From Camelus dromedarius (Eukaryota), in contig NC_087436.1 of the NCBI RefSeq assembly GCF_036321535.1, forward strand, positions 96,784,001 to 96,848,000: a stretch of 64,000 nt of DNA, given 5' to 3'. Below, piece after piece: positions 28,271-40,999 of this stretch. The notes below the pieces were generated by a model. That model saw only the letters and a program-made list of their open reading frames with translations, did no database searches and was not told where the DNA came from. Made by a program: the position numbers and the translations under genes. Within the stretch, counting starts at the first letter, position 1. Each line of letters starts with the position of its first letter.

Positions 28271-28929
28271 TGGTGTAAATTTCTTTGAATTCAACTTTTT
28301 TGGAATCCTTTGAGCTTTCTAGATCTGATGTCCATTTTCTTTTTTAGATTTGGTAAGTTTTCAGCCATTATTTCTTTGAATAATCTTTGTAATCCTCTTT
28401 CTCTCTCCTCTTTTTCTGAGATTTTCATAATGCATATCACCTACTTGATGTTGTCCCATAAGTCTCTTAAGCTTTCTTCAGTTTTTCTCTTTATGTTCCT
28501 CTTTTAAATGACCTGTCTTCAGGTTTGCTGGTTTTCTCTTCTTTGTCTTCTAATCTATTAAACCCTTCTATTGAATTTTTAAGTTCACTTACTTATTCTT
28601 CAGCTCTAGTATTTCTATTTCACTCTTCAAAATTTTCTATTATTTTTTGGAAATTCTCCCTTTGTTCATTGAACATTTTTATCATGCTTGAATTCTTTGT
28701 CAGGCAAATTCTATAACTCTATTTCATTAAAGTAGACTTTTGGAGTTATATCTGGTTTCTTCCTTGGGATCAATTTCTTCTGTTTGTTAATTTTATTTGA
28801 TTCTGGGTTAGTATTTATGCAAACAAAAACAAAAACTGCCATCTCTCCCAATATTCTCAGATTGGTCTTGTACAGGAAAAATCTTTCACCTTCAACCTGT
28901 TCTGACCTTTTGTGGGCCTCTCTAAAGTT

Positions 28930-29600
28930 AATACTAGTCTGTACTGTCGTCTTTGTTCCTTGCTGCACCCAGGTGTCTAGAGTATGCTAGGCCCCATCAG
29001 CACTCTGACAGACAAGAGAGAAGCCAGTCTTTTGGATGGCTCCAGAGAAGTTGAAATCCTGGGTGTGCAGTCCAATTCTTCCCTCCTCAAGGCGACACTG
29101 GGAGCTGGGTTGTATTACCCACTCACTCTATGCTAAGCCAAGGAAGGGAGCTGAGGTAAGTGCTCACCCACTAGTTCAAACCATAGTTTTTCTCTCTGTA
29201 CCCTCCAGGGGACTGGTATATGCTAGGCCCTGTCTGACCTCTGAAACATGTGAGATAGAAGTCAGTTTCTCTGGGAGCACCTGGAAGTATTGGAAATTAT
29301 ATGCACAGTCCAGTGCTTTTACTCCTTGGGGAAGCTGAGAGCTTGGGTGTATCATCACTCATTCTGCGCTGAGCCGGAGAGAAGAGCTGTGATCAATGCC
29401 TGCATGCTAGTCCTGACTGTTGTTTTGTTCTCTGTAGCCCCTGAGGGACTAGCATAATACTCCATCAGCTCTCAAAGAAGAGAGAGAAAAGTGAGTCCCT
29501 CATGTAGAAACCCAGAGAAGTGGGGATGTTGGATGTGCAGACCACCTCACTCACTCCTCAAGGAGAAGTTGGGAGCTGGAAGCTCCATCCTAATTATAGG
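28930..29600 (-). repeat. ~235-bp diverged tandem monomer array (~2.8 copies) in the L1 5' UTR
   Basis: tatgctaggccc at 28983 and 29219 (period 236), ccagagaagt at 29042 and 29512 (470), ctcctcaagg at 29083 and 29554 (471). Confidence 0.8.
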
Positions 29601-29797
29601 GCACTGTTCTGGGGGTGAGTATTTTGGTAAGAGGATGTCTCTGCTTCCCCTGCTAGTTTTAAAGTTGCTAGTTATTCACTTACCTGGGGTGGAGGACCCT
29701 CTTAACTAGTTCTTGATTTCTCACAAAGAGAGTTGATATATACATTGTTGTTCAATCCATATCATAGGAGGGGAAGGAGAGTCCAGGATTTCATATT

Positions 29798-29807
29798 CAC
29801 CATCTTG
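29798..29807 (-). promoter_or_regulatory. Decayed YY1-type motif at the L1 5' end
   Basis: Minus strand caagatggtg, about 14 nt from the L1 start. It matches the L1 promoter YY1 motif (caagatggcg) with one CpG-type transition. Confidence 0.6.
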
Positions 29808-31599
29808 GTATGTCACTCCCTTGTAACATTGTTACTGAATTATTTCTCTGCTTCATTTCAAGTAGGTGATATATTTTCTTATTAATAAGGACATCCATTT
29901 TTGTTATTTATTTATTAATAGAAATTACCACTCATGTGGATACAAGCCTTAATTTTCAGTCCCTTAAATCTAAAAGCATAGTAACTTATGGGTATAATTA
30001 ACACATTTGAGGCTTGGTTCAGTATTGCCCTTTGGAATGTGTGGAGAGACTACAGTTCTTTTCCTTGGCCCTGGAGGTAATTAAAAACAACATGAAAGAA
30101 GAGCAAGATTTAGAGCAGCTTGTCCAGCATTGCTCACCTCTATCTGATAATAACAATTTAAGCCTCAATCTCTAATGTTCTATAGCACCTATAGACTTCA
30201 GGCACCTTTGCTGTTCAAAGCCCCAGTATACTGACATGCATACTTGGCTGAAAAGTCCAATAGGAGCAATAACTGAAACTCTACTTTATACAAAGTGAGC
30301 TTTCCCTGGGATTAAAAGATTTTCTTTGCTAATAATCCTTGTAGCTACTATGCCTGTGGCACAGGTGCCTAAAGAAGTTAAGGTCAAGCTACAGGGACTT
30401 CACATTCAAGACCCCTGCTTCTCAGACTTGTGGAGTCTTATGTCCATGGCCTGTTTCTGCTGCAACCCATACTGAATACAAACAGGCAGTAGCTTGTGAT
30501 CAGCACTGTCAAACTGCAGGGGTCTGACAGATTCAAAATTCCAAAGAAATCTTATTTTCCAGAGTCTAATTCTTACATATTTGTTCAGTTGAAAGCCAGA
30601 TATGTCTTACTTTGAGGACTGAACACTTAACCTTCAAGTCATTGTTGCCTTTCTGAATCTGTCCATTAATATGATGATACCCTAATACCTTTAAATAGAA
30701 AAACACAACTCTATTACCTACAATTGAGAACTCACCCCCATTTTAATGTTCCCTTTCCTTTAGGCAGCTCCAACGGTCCTTTCAAGAAACGCTAAACAAT
30801 GAATAATTACACATCTAGCGTAAACTTTTCAGATCTTTAGATAAAGCCTTTACGTAATGCTGATTCTTTTTTACAAATCCTTTTTGTCTAATTCTAATTC
30901 ATTCTTCCTACAATTATTCTATTAATAAGTGGTATTACTAGAGGCAAGTTGTTTTTTACCATTGGAAATACATACTGTTTCCCTGGCACTTGGATACACA
31001 TAAAACAACGTAATTGTTGGCAATGAGATTGTATCTTGTATTAAAATAAGTGTCTCTCACTTTCAATTATAAGAAGTGTCAACCAAGTTGATGCCTTCAT
31101 CATTTCTAAAGACTTGAATAGGTAAGATCTTACATAAAGTAAAGGAAACATAAAGAGCAGTTTGTCAAAAGACAGAAATATTGCTGATGTGTGACAGATT
31201 CCTTTGTCCTTCTGGAAAGACAATTTTCAAAATTTCACAGGATTGAAAGGAATGTGGATTCATAACATTTCACTGAACTCAGTGAGAAGGCACCCATTAG
31301 AAGCAGTATCATCTTTGAGGATTCTCTTTCTTCAATAACAAACACTTTCCCCATTTTGTTTAGGTTAATCGAATGCAAGCTTCCAAAGGAAAAAATGTCA
31401 CCAATAATCATAACCTGTTTCAACTTAACCTGTTGCAGAGGAAGGTTGGATGACTTACTAGGGATGTGAATTTTATTTAAGGAAGGCAGTGGCTGGTTAG
31501 CATAACTAAGGTTGTATGTTCGACTATGACTCTGACTCTCTGAATCCGAATTAGGCTGGTTTAGAAAGTAAGAGTTTGGGGGCAATTATAACTCTTCTT

Positions 31600-32130
31600 T
31601 TTGTTGATCTCAGACTCTCCTAACCCAATTCACTTTCTGGTGAAAGAGCCCAGAGTAGTCACATGGTAGTGTGGTAGGCAACCCAGGAGGGCCAGAGTTT
31701 CTCTACCTGGGATTGGCACAGAAGGCATCCTAAATCTTGGGTCCCATCATGGAGGGATGTGTGTCAGAAACAATCAGTCCTAGTACTCAGTCCTTCTAGC
31801 CACAGTGACAGGTCCAGAGGTGAGCATCCACCACAAGGAAACCAATATGAGTCTTATCTGAATTTTTTTTCTAATTAGACTGAGAGAAAAAAAAAAACTC
31901 TTTGTTTTTTGGATCTTGGGTACTGATAGTATATCTGTCTAATATAGTGAGACCATGTTCCCATGTTTCTCACCACATACGGATGCCTGTCATTCAGTAG
32001 ACAAAATAAATATTCTGATGTGAAGCAGGAAAAGATGAGAAGAAGAGAGAGAGCATATACATTCAAACACAAGGCTTAATGGTGTTAAAATTTCTGCCCT
32101 TTGCAGATTCAGTTTTGTGCAGTAATAAAT
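31600..32130 (+). mobile_element. Very old ERVL/MaLR LTR remnant
   Basis: tagccacagtgacaggtccagaggtgagcat...ccaatatgagt motif and a 3' aataaatttctg. Highly degenerate. Confidence 0.45.
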
Positions 32131-32489
32131 TTCTGCCACTATTTATTTGTTTTTAAGAAAAGCACAGAGCAAGAGGTAACTAAAAAGCAATATAGCCTAC
32201 ACTATACAATAAATCTTCTTAAGAGCTAAAGAACAAATGCGTATAATTCTGCTTGCCTGGCAGGAATGAGTAGTGATGAAATAATTCCTGAGTCCTCAAG
32301 ATCTGAATTTTCTGAGATTGAGGGAAGTGGTTAACTAGGCGATGGAACGCCGTGTGAGAGCTCTGTGAGATCACACAATGCATGTAGGAAATAGAAACTG
32401 ATATTAGTGGCAAGATATGTACGGGGGCCAGAGGGACAAGACCGAAAAAGAAATTGCTTGTTGTATTTTACTTCATTCTGAAAACAATG

Positions 32490-32920
32490 ATGGATCACTG
32501 AAGACTTTCCCAACAGAAGAGAGAAATGTTCTGATTTGCATTCAAGATAAGTGATTCTGCCTTATAATTTGGAGGATAAACAGAAGGGACCGAGACAAAC
32601 GAAAGGAGGCCACTTGGGGGGTAATTAAAATAATTGAGGTAATAAATAATACAGGCATGTACAAAGATTTTTCAGTAAGACTCCAAGATTTTGCCCCCAA
32701 TGGCAAGAATGGTCATATATAGGCAAAATGGGAGCAGAGGGAGCTTTGAGGACAAATGGGAATAGGAGCACAAGATGATATGTTTGGTTTTAGGGTATTT
32801 GAGTCACTTGTTCTTATGGTTCTTCCAGATAGATAGTTCTAGAAAATGGGTGAAAATATAGCCCTTGTGTTTAGGATAAATGTCAGCACTAGAGATACAC
32901 ATCTGAGAAACATCAGCAAA
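32490..32920 (-). mobile_element. L2 fragment
   Basis: tctgatttgcattcaagataag, gactccaagattttg, tttggttttagggtatttgagt are antisense L2 motifs. Confidence 0.55.
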
Positions 32921-33379
32921 ATTTTTCTTAGCTGTCTCTGATATTGAATACAAATTTTGAAACAGGTTATTGAGCAGAAAGTAAAGAAGTAAAAAATATT
33001 GTCATTTAACCCTCCAAAATTATCTAGATGATATCAGTGCTATAAAGAGAGTTATTGAGAGGAGATTTTATGGAATCCTGGAAGGCTGGAGCACTGATTG
33101 GATATTTTTCTCTTTTATACCCAAAGTGCAAGATGTAGACTTGCATATTTTCAAAAAAAGAAGAGGCCTATAGTTGTTAACATCTTTGAGTGACAGTGAA
33201 TGGATGGGTAGTCTAAGTTCTTCCATTGTTGGAGATGTAAACCATAGAAATACAGTTGGTCCCAGCATGATCTGAACTTCTCCAATTTGACATCATCACC
33301 TGCAGTTGAAGGCTTCCCTGGGTTGGACCTTGGGCTCCAAAGCAATCTGTGTTCAGATTTCAGGCATCTGCTCATGGTT

Positions 33380-33495
33380 TTTGTGTGCGCATATGTGGCA
33401 TGTGTATGTGTACTTGTGTGCTTGTGTGTGTGTATGTGTGTGTGTGGCTTGTGTGTTTACAGCATGTGTAGGCCTGTGTGTACACATATGGGTAT
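33380..33495 (+). repeat. Imperfect (TG)n microsatellite
   Basis: tgtgtgcgcatatgtggcatgtgtatgtgtacttgtgtgcttgtgtgtgtgtatgtgtgtgtgtgg. It explains the C/V-rich ORFs at 33287 and 33306. Confidence 0.85.
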
Positions 33496-35139
33496 GACTA
33501 CGATCTCTTTCTTCCAAAATAAAATCACCTGAAATGAAGCCAGGGTCAATTGAACCGGTTCAAATTATTTGATGAATTAACTTAGCTAAGATCTAAAATT
33601 CTAGAATGATGTTGTAGGATAATTAAAAGGATGTGATTCCAATGTAAAAATATCTTTGGAAACGGTGTTCAAGACTCGGTATGCTATTTTGTAATGCAAC
33701 TGAGTATAGTATGCCTAACTGAAACAAAAGTTACGCTGATATGCTTCAAGTAGATATTTGATAAATCAAATGTACCTGCTCAGTCCTCTAAAGAAACTCA
33801 TGTAATTCAGAAATTTGTCCCACTTGTTAATAATTTTCACAAAAATTTATTAAGGATCCTGTTTTATTTTTACCACCTTTAACTGATTAACCAAAGCATC
33901 CTTTAAATGTAAGTTTATATCTTCTTGTTCTAGCTGGTTGCTCAAAATGCTGAGTTTTTGATTTTTAGAATTTGCTGCCCTTTCTTTGGCCATTATTATA
34001 TAGAAAATAAACTGGTGCTGTTCAGAGTTCTAGTAGCTCACACAATTAGTAGTTTAATTTTAAAAATACACTTTTTATATTTGCTATTATAAATGAGTAT
34101 TTTCCTGTATTATTTTGTAGTAAAGGAGAAATTATAGTTCTTGAATACAAAATAATGTGTGTGTGTGCGTGTATGTATGTGCTATTAAAATATACCCTAT
34201 GAAGTCTGTGTTCATTATTTCATAAATCAAGTGTCAAGAATTATTTCCAAAGATCTATGAGCACATGGCATGCATAAGTAAGAGCATTATGGTAATATAA
34301 AAAGCTAAAGGATAAATGTTTATAATTCTATAAAGACTTCTCATTCCTCAATCCAATCTAATTAGTATTTCTGATGTAATGAATGAGAATCTACTAGTGT
34401 TCAGACAGGGTTCAGAGAATGGCATTACATAAATCAGGTAAGTGAGAGATTGAAGAGTTGTAGCTATAAATCTGTCATATCATTCCTGAATTTTCTTTCA
34501 TATATTAACTTTAAATTTCCAGGATAAATATTAATTTTATTGGCCATAACATATAGACATATGGCCTGTTCCTTTTATGGAGATGTTATTGTTATAAACC
34601 TCATTACATAAACAAAAGTTTTGAGAAAAATAATTAACTGGTTGGCTAAAATATAAAGTGGAAAATATTTCTATGTTAGATACTTAGGAGTTTGGGATCA
34701 TCTGAATATTAAGAATTGATACATTTACATGTTTTAAAGATCCTATTTGTGTTATTGCCGACATGTTATTGCTACATCGTCTTAGTATTCCTGTTATAGA
34801 TAAATAATTAAAGATTTAGAACATATCAAAATGTGTTATTCCCTTATCTTCTGCTCTTATTTCTGGCAATTTGTTTTCACTAGTACCTAAACTTGAGGGT
34901 ACAGCAGGCCAAAATTTCTACACCCAAGGAAAAAAATCAGGATAATGATATACCATATGCCTCATAAATAAGAAACTGAATTATGAATGTAATGAAAAAT
35001 AGAAAAAATTATCAAACTTATGTTTTAAAAATTAATGAAATCGAATTATAATTACAAACATTTACATTGTCAAGGCTTAATTTCTAGCCAATTTCTTTGT
35101 TCTGCTTAATTCTGTCTTTATATATATACTCCTTTATGT

Positions 35140-35638
35140 ATCTCCTGCTGTGTAGCAGCAACATCTATTATCCCACAGTTTCTGTGGGTAAGAAATCCAG
35201 GTGTGGCTTAGCTAAGTGACTCTGGCCCAAGATCTGTCCCTATGGATGCAGTCAAGCTGTTGACCAGAACTGCAGTCATCTCAGGACTCCTGTGACCAAA
35301 GACATTGTTGGTGGGAGTCAAAAGATCCACTTCTAAGCTCATTAATGTGGCTGTTGACAGGTGACCGTTTCCAATCTTATGCATCTGGCCTCTCTACAAG
35401 GATTCTTTGGTAGCTGGTTTCCCATACCGTGAATAATCCAAAAGTAAGTGAGAGAAAGACCCACTTGAAAGCTTTTCATAACAATCTTTTTATAACTCAA
35501 CCATTACTTCTGCCATGTTGTATTCATTGAAAGTGAATCAATAAGTCCAGCTCACAAACAAGGGGAGAAAATTACATGAGAATAATTAACAGGATAATTA
35601 ACAGGGAGCTAAGGTCATTGAAGAAGCTGCCTACCATA
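35140..35638 (-). mobile_element. MLT1 (F/E-like) MaLR LTR
   Basis: attatcccacagtttctgtgggtaagaaatccagg, gatccacttctaagctca, ccattacttctgccatgttgtattcatt, ending gctgcctaccata. Confidence 0.8.
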
Positions 35639-36104
35639 CCTATTAGCCTTCTTTTAGGAAATTTTCCACCTAGCTAGGTTATTTGGTACCATCACAGCCA
35701 CTATATAAACATAAATTTATCTTAATACCCAAAATGTATCCCTATGTCAGAGAGTACTCAATTACCACCTGAACTCTTCTCCATGATTCTTACCTGTCTC
35801 CTCTCCTCCTCTCCTTACATATGTCCAACTTTCATCATGCTCCTCAATCCCCTAACAGCTTTCCTTCCTCTTGCCTCAGCAGATGGCTGCACTTTCTTAC
35901 CTCCCAGAGAAACCAAAGCTCATTAATCATTAGCATTCTCAACTTCCTACCACATCCCCAACACACACAAATTAATCAGAGCTTATATTCTTTCTCACTT
36001 TTTCTTCCTGCATCTCAGAGGAAGATTTTTATTTCTCTTCTTGTAACTTCAGCTAGCCCTTCTGGGGTTGATGGAAGCAGCTCAGCTCTGTTTTTCAAAA
36101 TGAG

Positions 36105-36260
36105 TTAGAGTTTCTCAAACATTCTGAATGAGAAGTACCATTTAGGGTGCTTTCTTTCCTGGAAATTTAAATTCATCAGGTTGGGTTGGGGACCTAGGAA
36201 TTTGCATTTTAGCCAGGACAACAGATGATTCTTACCTTTTGATAAGTTTGGAAAGCACTG
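36105..36260. mobile_element. MER5-like hAT element
   Basis: Imperfect terminal inverted repeats (agagtttctcaaac ... gtttggaaagcactg) and central ggttggggacctaggaatttgcattttag. Confidence 0.7.
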
Positions 36261-38859
36261 AGTAGTGGCATTTGAGTAAGACTAGTTATTAAATATAATA
36301 CACATCTTAGGGAGTACATTTGCTAATTGCTATGTGGAATACAAAATTACACATTTGCAGGGACATGACATAAAATTAGCTTCTAAAGGATGAAATAGAA
36401 CATTCCCTAAATGAAAATAGCTAAGAAGTTGACAAACAGAAATATGAACACATTTTAGTTACAAACAAGATGTTAGAGTCACTAAGTGATTGCAATCTGC
36501 TAGGCTTTCTTTGGGAAGATTTTCACAGGAAGTTGGTTAATACTGAGCGATACTTTTAGTAACTTGAACATTTTTGTTTTATTTTTGTTTTTCAAGGAGA
36601 TAATGGAAAATCATTGTGGTGGTAGGTTTTGTTAAATCTGAGAAATGGTAGAGGTCAAGGCATTAAGTGAGTTTACTTGGATTGGACAGAGAACATGTGT
36701 GTTATTACATCACTTAGGAAATATGACGGAGGACGTCTGGAAACGTGACTTGGGCTGTTACTATAGCCCAAAAATTATTTGTAGAGAAAGGTAGATTTGT
36801 GACCTAGTGATGTTTAAAAAAAAACCCCAACATATTATTGAATATTATGTGTCTGCTTCCAGGCTAAGAATTGTATAACCATTATAATTTAAACCTCAGA
36901 AGGATAGTATCAGGGAAGTATTATTATACTCCTTAATAGATGAATAAATGAAGGCTCAGACATGACCAAATCACAGTGCAAGAAAGTGATAGAGTTGGAA
37001 AGCCAGTTCAGCTCTAAGTCAAATTCATTTCATTTCCTATTACTATACTATTACAAAATAACTAAATTTTTGAATTATGTATCCAAGATGATTTCCACAC
37101 AAGATCATTCTTAAATTTACATTAGAGAGAGAAAACCTGTTAGAGAGAGAGGGAGAGAGGAGAGAGAAAGAGAGAAACCAAATCAGCAAGCACCCAAATA
37201 TTACTTTGAAAAAAAAAAACTCTATTCTATTTTAGTAATGATGGGCAATCAGCATGCTAGTCTTCTTCCTTTACAATTTGAAGAAAACCTGACATGTTAA
37301 AATTCATGAAAAAAATTTTTTTTTAATTATAGGAGCTTCACAGGCATCATTTAACTACTTTTATTTCTGACCATATCCTTTTTTTTTTTTTAAGAAAAAA
37401 ACTGAATAAAGATGAAATCTCTGGATGTCTTTAATCAATATTCAAAAATTTTTTCTTTAAATTTCCAAAATTGGAATTGGTAAAACATACCATAGAATTA
37501 TCTTCAAATGTCATGAGGGAAATTGTAGAAAGAGATAGAGTAGTGTTTGATGTTAGCTACATCTCAGTAATAATATAACCCCTTAGTTTAGCATCTTTGG
37601 GCCTCCTTTTAAGACAAAGCAGTCACCTCCTATCATGGGTATCAGAAGCAACTTCAAAGACCAACTCTAGGACTCCTCTACTTGTAAAACTCTAGGTGGA
37701 GAGTCAGAATATAAGCCTTTTTTTTTCATGACCCACACTTCTCTGGGTCCAGCACTGGTTTTCCCTTTCCAGAACCCCTCTGACTATAGCATTTCATATC
37801 AACAACCCACCCCAACTTCTCCTGGTACAGCTGCTGCTTTAGCAAGCCACAGTTAACTATCACAAAACCTATGCCTTCAGCACCACTTCCCAATGCATAA
37901 ACCCCAGCAGGCACTCTTGATAAATCTTTGACTCCTACTCTAACAGCTGCTCTCAGATTTTCTCTGGCTGGCTTCTGAGACCCAGGAGAGTTATAAGGAT
38001 CCAATCAACTGAGAGGACAAATTTGAAAATACTTTAAAGGTTGTAAAGTGCTCTAGACCTATAAGAGATACTTTGTAGTGTTTTGTTTTTTTTTTTTCTC
38101 TTGAAAAGTTTTTATAGATCCTGTTAGAATTGGGTCAGAAGGACTTGAGTGATTTTGAGACATTGAGAGGAAAACCACATTTTTCCAAATGTGAAAATAC
38201 AAGAAAATATGTAGGTATGAATAATTACCTTGGTAAATATTACTGTTTTGAGGAGACATCACTCTTTTTCACTGCAATCTAATCATTCAGATAAGAATAA
38301 ATTTAAGAAAAAATCTGCATTTGAGACAGGGATCATAGTGGGGTTAGAGTTTGATGAAATTAGGTAATAAAATAGTAATTCCATTTCTAGGATGCATTTT
38401 CATTTTATCCGTTTATATGCATGTTCCACGTGAACAGTGAAATCTAGATGCATACTAATTAGTAATTAATATTCATCGACTTGTATAACAATCCTCAGCA
38501 TAACAGTGATTAGCTTTAGACATTTATTGTATCATGAATAACTAGTTAAAGAGATGCATTATTTTCACTAGAATTACACTATGTTCCACAGGGTAGTTTG
38601 TGTTCTGATACTGAGAAAATATGATAATGTTTTTAAACTCCACATTTCAAGGAAATTGAACATACTTGTTCATATACCTGACAAGTAGTCATGCCAGTAA
38701 AACTGAATGAATAATGAAATGTTTTCCAAAGAATTATTTTCTCAGTCTTATGATAGTCCTTATTTTTTGTTCATCCATGGGAGAAATTAGTTTGTCAACA
38801 AATATTCTGAACTCCAGTTAGACTTGTGGTAGGCCATGGAAATACAGAAATAGGCACCA

Positions 38860-40286
38860 ACTCTCAAGACCAATCTCTTTTGACTACTCAAGGACATAGC
38901 CCTGGCAGTTGTCTGTTGTCTTTCCTACATCTTATTTTTTCTTTGAATTAATATTCCCATCAACTTACAAACATGTTGTTATCTTATTGTAAAAGCATTT
39001 TACCCCTTCAGAATTTCCTGTTCCTATGTGCTGCTTTTTTCTCTCTGATACCTATCACCTCCCTTGATGCCGTTGTCCTGTTTCACTTTGGCCTAACAGC
39101 AACATTGATTGGCCCAATTGATCTTTGTCTGATTCTTGGCTTTCAGGACACCACACTCTACTAGTTTGTTCTTTTATTCCACAGTCAGCTCCTTCTTAGT
39201 CATCTTTGTTGGTTAACTCTAATATCGCTGACCTCTAAAGTACGGAATTCCCAGGGCTCTCTCCTAAGACATTTTCTCTTTTTTATTTTAGTTACATATT
39301 TGGTGATCTCATCTGGTCTCATGGTCTTAAATTCTACTAGTATGCCAACAACTCCCAAATTTATGTCTAGAGCACAGATCTCTTCCCTGAATTCTACACT
39401 AATAAATTTGACTGATGACTCTACATCCGGACCTAGAGATAAATATCTCAGACATAATATGTCTAAAATTAAATTCCTGATATGCTCCATGAAAGTAGCT
39501 CATCCCACAGTCTTCTCTGTCTCAGTAATTGGCAACTTCATATTTCCAGTTACTAGGGCCAGACACATCAAACTGATCCTTTGCTCTTATCTTCTCACAC
39601 CATACATTCAGTCATTGATATAAATCCTGTGGACTCTACTTCAGAATATACCTAGCACTGACCATTTCTCAACCCTTTGTGGCTGCTACTCTGGTCCATG
39701 ATACCCTCATTTGTCACATAAATACTGGCCTCCAAACTATGCTTGTGTCTCTTTAGTCTGTTATCAACAGAGAAGCCTGTTAAAATGTAAGTCAGATCAT
39801 GAACTCCCCTGCTCAAAAGCCTCCAATGGTTTCTCTTCTAACTCAGAGTAAAGACCAGAGAACACAGTGCCCACCCAATCTAGTTCCTGCTCACTGACAT
39901 AATGTCTTACTTCCTTCTCTCTCTGCACCAGCCATGAGATGACATCATGCCTATGTCTTGATCAATGAAATATGATCCCTCCTCTCCTTTGCACTTGCTG
40001 TTTTCTGCCTGGCTTACTTTCCTCTCAGATATCTTTCTGACCTGCTTCCTTACTTTCTTCAGAAAACACCAGCATTTTAATGAGGGTTTTGGTGACTACT
40101 CTATTTAAATTATGCCGCTTCAGGTTTTCCTATTTCTATGTGCTGCTTTATTTTTCTTTATTGTAACTATTACCATCTAACATATTATGTAATTGACTCA
40201 TTGACTTTGTTTCTTTACTGTCTTACTGCACTTTATTGTAAGCTTTACCACCAGTTCTTGGCACATAGTAAGTGCCTATATATTTA
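38860..40286 (+). mobile_element. Long L2 fragment including the RT catalytic region
   Basis: 39341 tatgccaacaactcccaaatttatgtc translates YANNSQIYV (decayed YADD). Continuous L2 3' motifs run to cttggcacatagtaagtgcc. Confidence 0.9.
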
Positions 40287-40499
40287 CAAGCTTTAAAACC
40301 TAGTTGTGGAAACAAGGTTAACACTTAAGAAACAAAATACAAATGGCAGAAGGCTGAATGGAATGATGACAGTAAATTTCAGAAAAAAAGGGAAATTTAG
40401 AGATCTAGAATACTTGGTGAGCATTTTGGTGGGGGTTGGGGGGACTGGGAATTTGATGAGTAAGCTCTGAGAACCTGAATCTTCCACTGTACATTCAAG

Positions 40500-40780
40500 C
40501 AAAGACCTATCCCCTTCTCACTCAGATCACTCCACCCAGTTTTGTGCTCCTGGACACAAGCCATCTACTGTGCTTGAATAGTCTTTCCTCTGTCTTTGCC
40601 AATGGGGGCAAAAAGTTCACCCTCCTATCCAGGATCAAATATTACCTCCTCTTTGTATTTACTAGGTGATAAGCTCTATGAAAATAGATAATGAATCTGT
40701 TTTGCAAACCATTGTTTTGCCAGTACCTAGCACATAATAAGCATGAGCATTATATAAATATTTGTTGGATGAATGAATGT
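40500..40780 (+). mobile_element. L2 3' end
   Basis: ccagtacctagcacataataagc...aaatatttgttggatgaatgaatg tail. Confidence 0.65.
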
Positions 40781-40999
40781 GTCTTACATGACCTCCACAT
40801 TACCACTACCTTTCCATCTTGATTTCACAGTAAATTTCTTAAGTTTTTCCAGTGTTGTAGTGACTGTATTTGTCTGTATCCACAATAACGTTTAAACTTC
40901 TTAAGAGTCAGCCTATATCCTGCCATGTTTGTGCTTTTCACCTTCCTTCACTAGGAGTGTCACTACACAGTACAATCAGTAAGTATATAAATTGCAAAG

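Larger units (their letters stand above)
23442..29820 (-). mobile_element. Apparently end-to-end, inactivated L1 (L1MA-type 3' end; 5' UTR, ORF1, inter-ORF, ORF2, 3' UTR)
   Basis: Minus-strand peptides are L1-like: ORF1 C-terminus IRPSAKFSAEIFQGRREWNDIY (27791-28051), endonuclease FSKINHMLVHKTS..SNHNGLK (26542-26736), LPTKKSPEPDDFIGKFYQTF (25855-26088), RT LFADDM (25314-25331). The 5' end reads gggagtgacataccaagatggtg. Putative TSD ttgcaacatt (23432-23441) / ttgtaacatt (29821-29830). Many stops, frameshifts and small deletions. Confidence 0.95.

Noticed and set aside
23987..29709. Dense run of ORFs on both strands suggesting a gene cluster
   Set aside because: Minus-strand ones are broken L1 ORF1/ORF2 pieces. 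Plus-strand F/L/I-rich ones are antisense readings of A-rich L1 DNA.
31345..31450. Acceptor-like ttttgtttag followed by ~80 nt open in two frames
   Set aside because: Weak donor (gttgga) and no recognisable peptide.
33550..33563. 14-bp palindrome ttgaaccggttcaa (also aatccaattggatt at 44809-44822)
   Set aside because: Several 7-bp-arm palindromes are expected by chance in 64 kb.
35582..35605. 12-bp tandem duplication ataattaacagg x2 (also atcatgaag x2 near 14062)
   Set aside because: Routine slippage micro-duplications with no functional implication.
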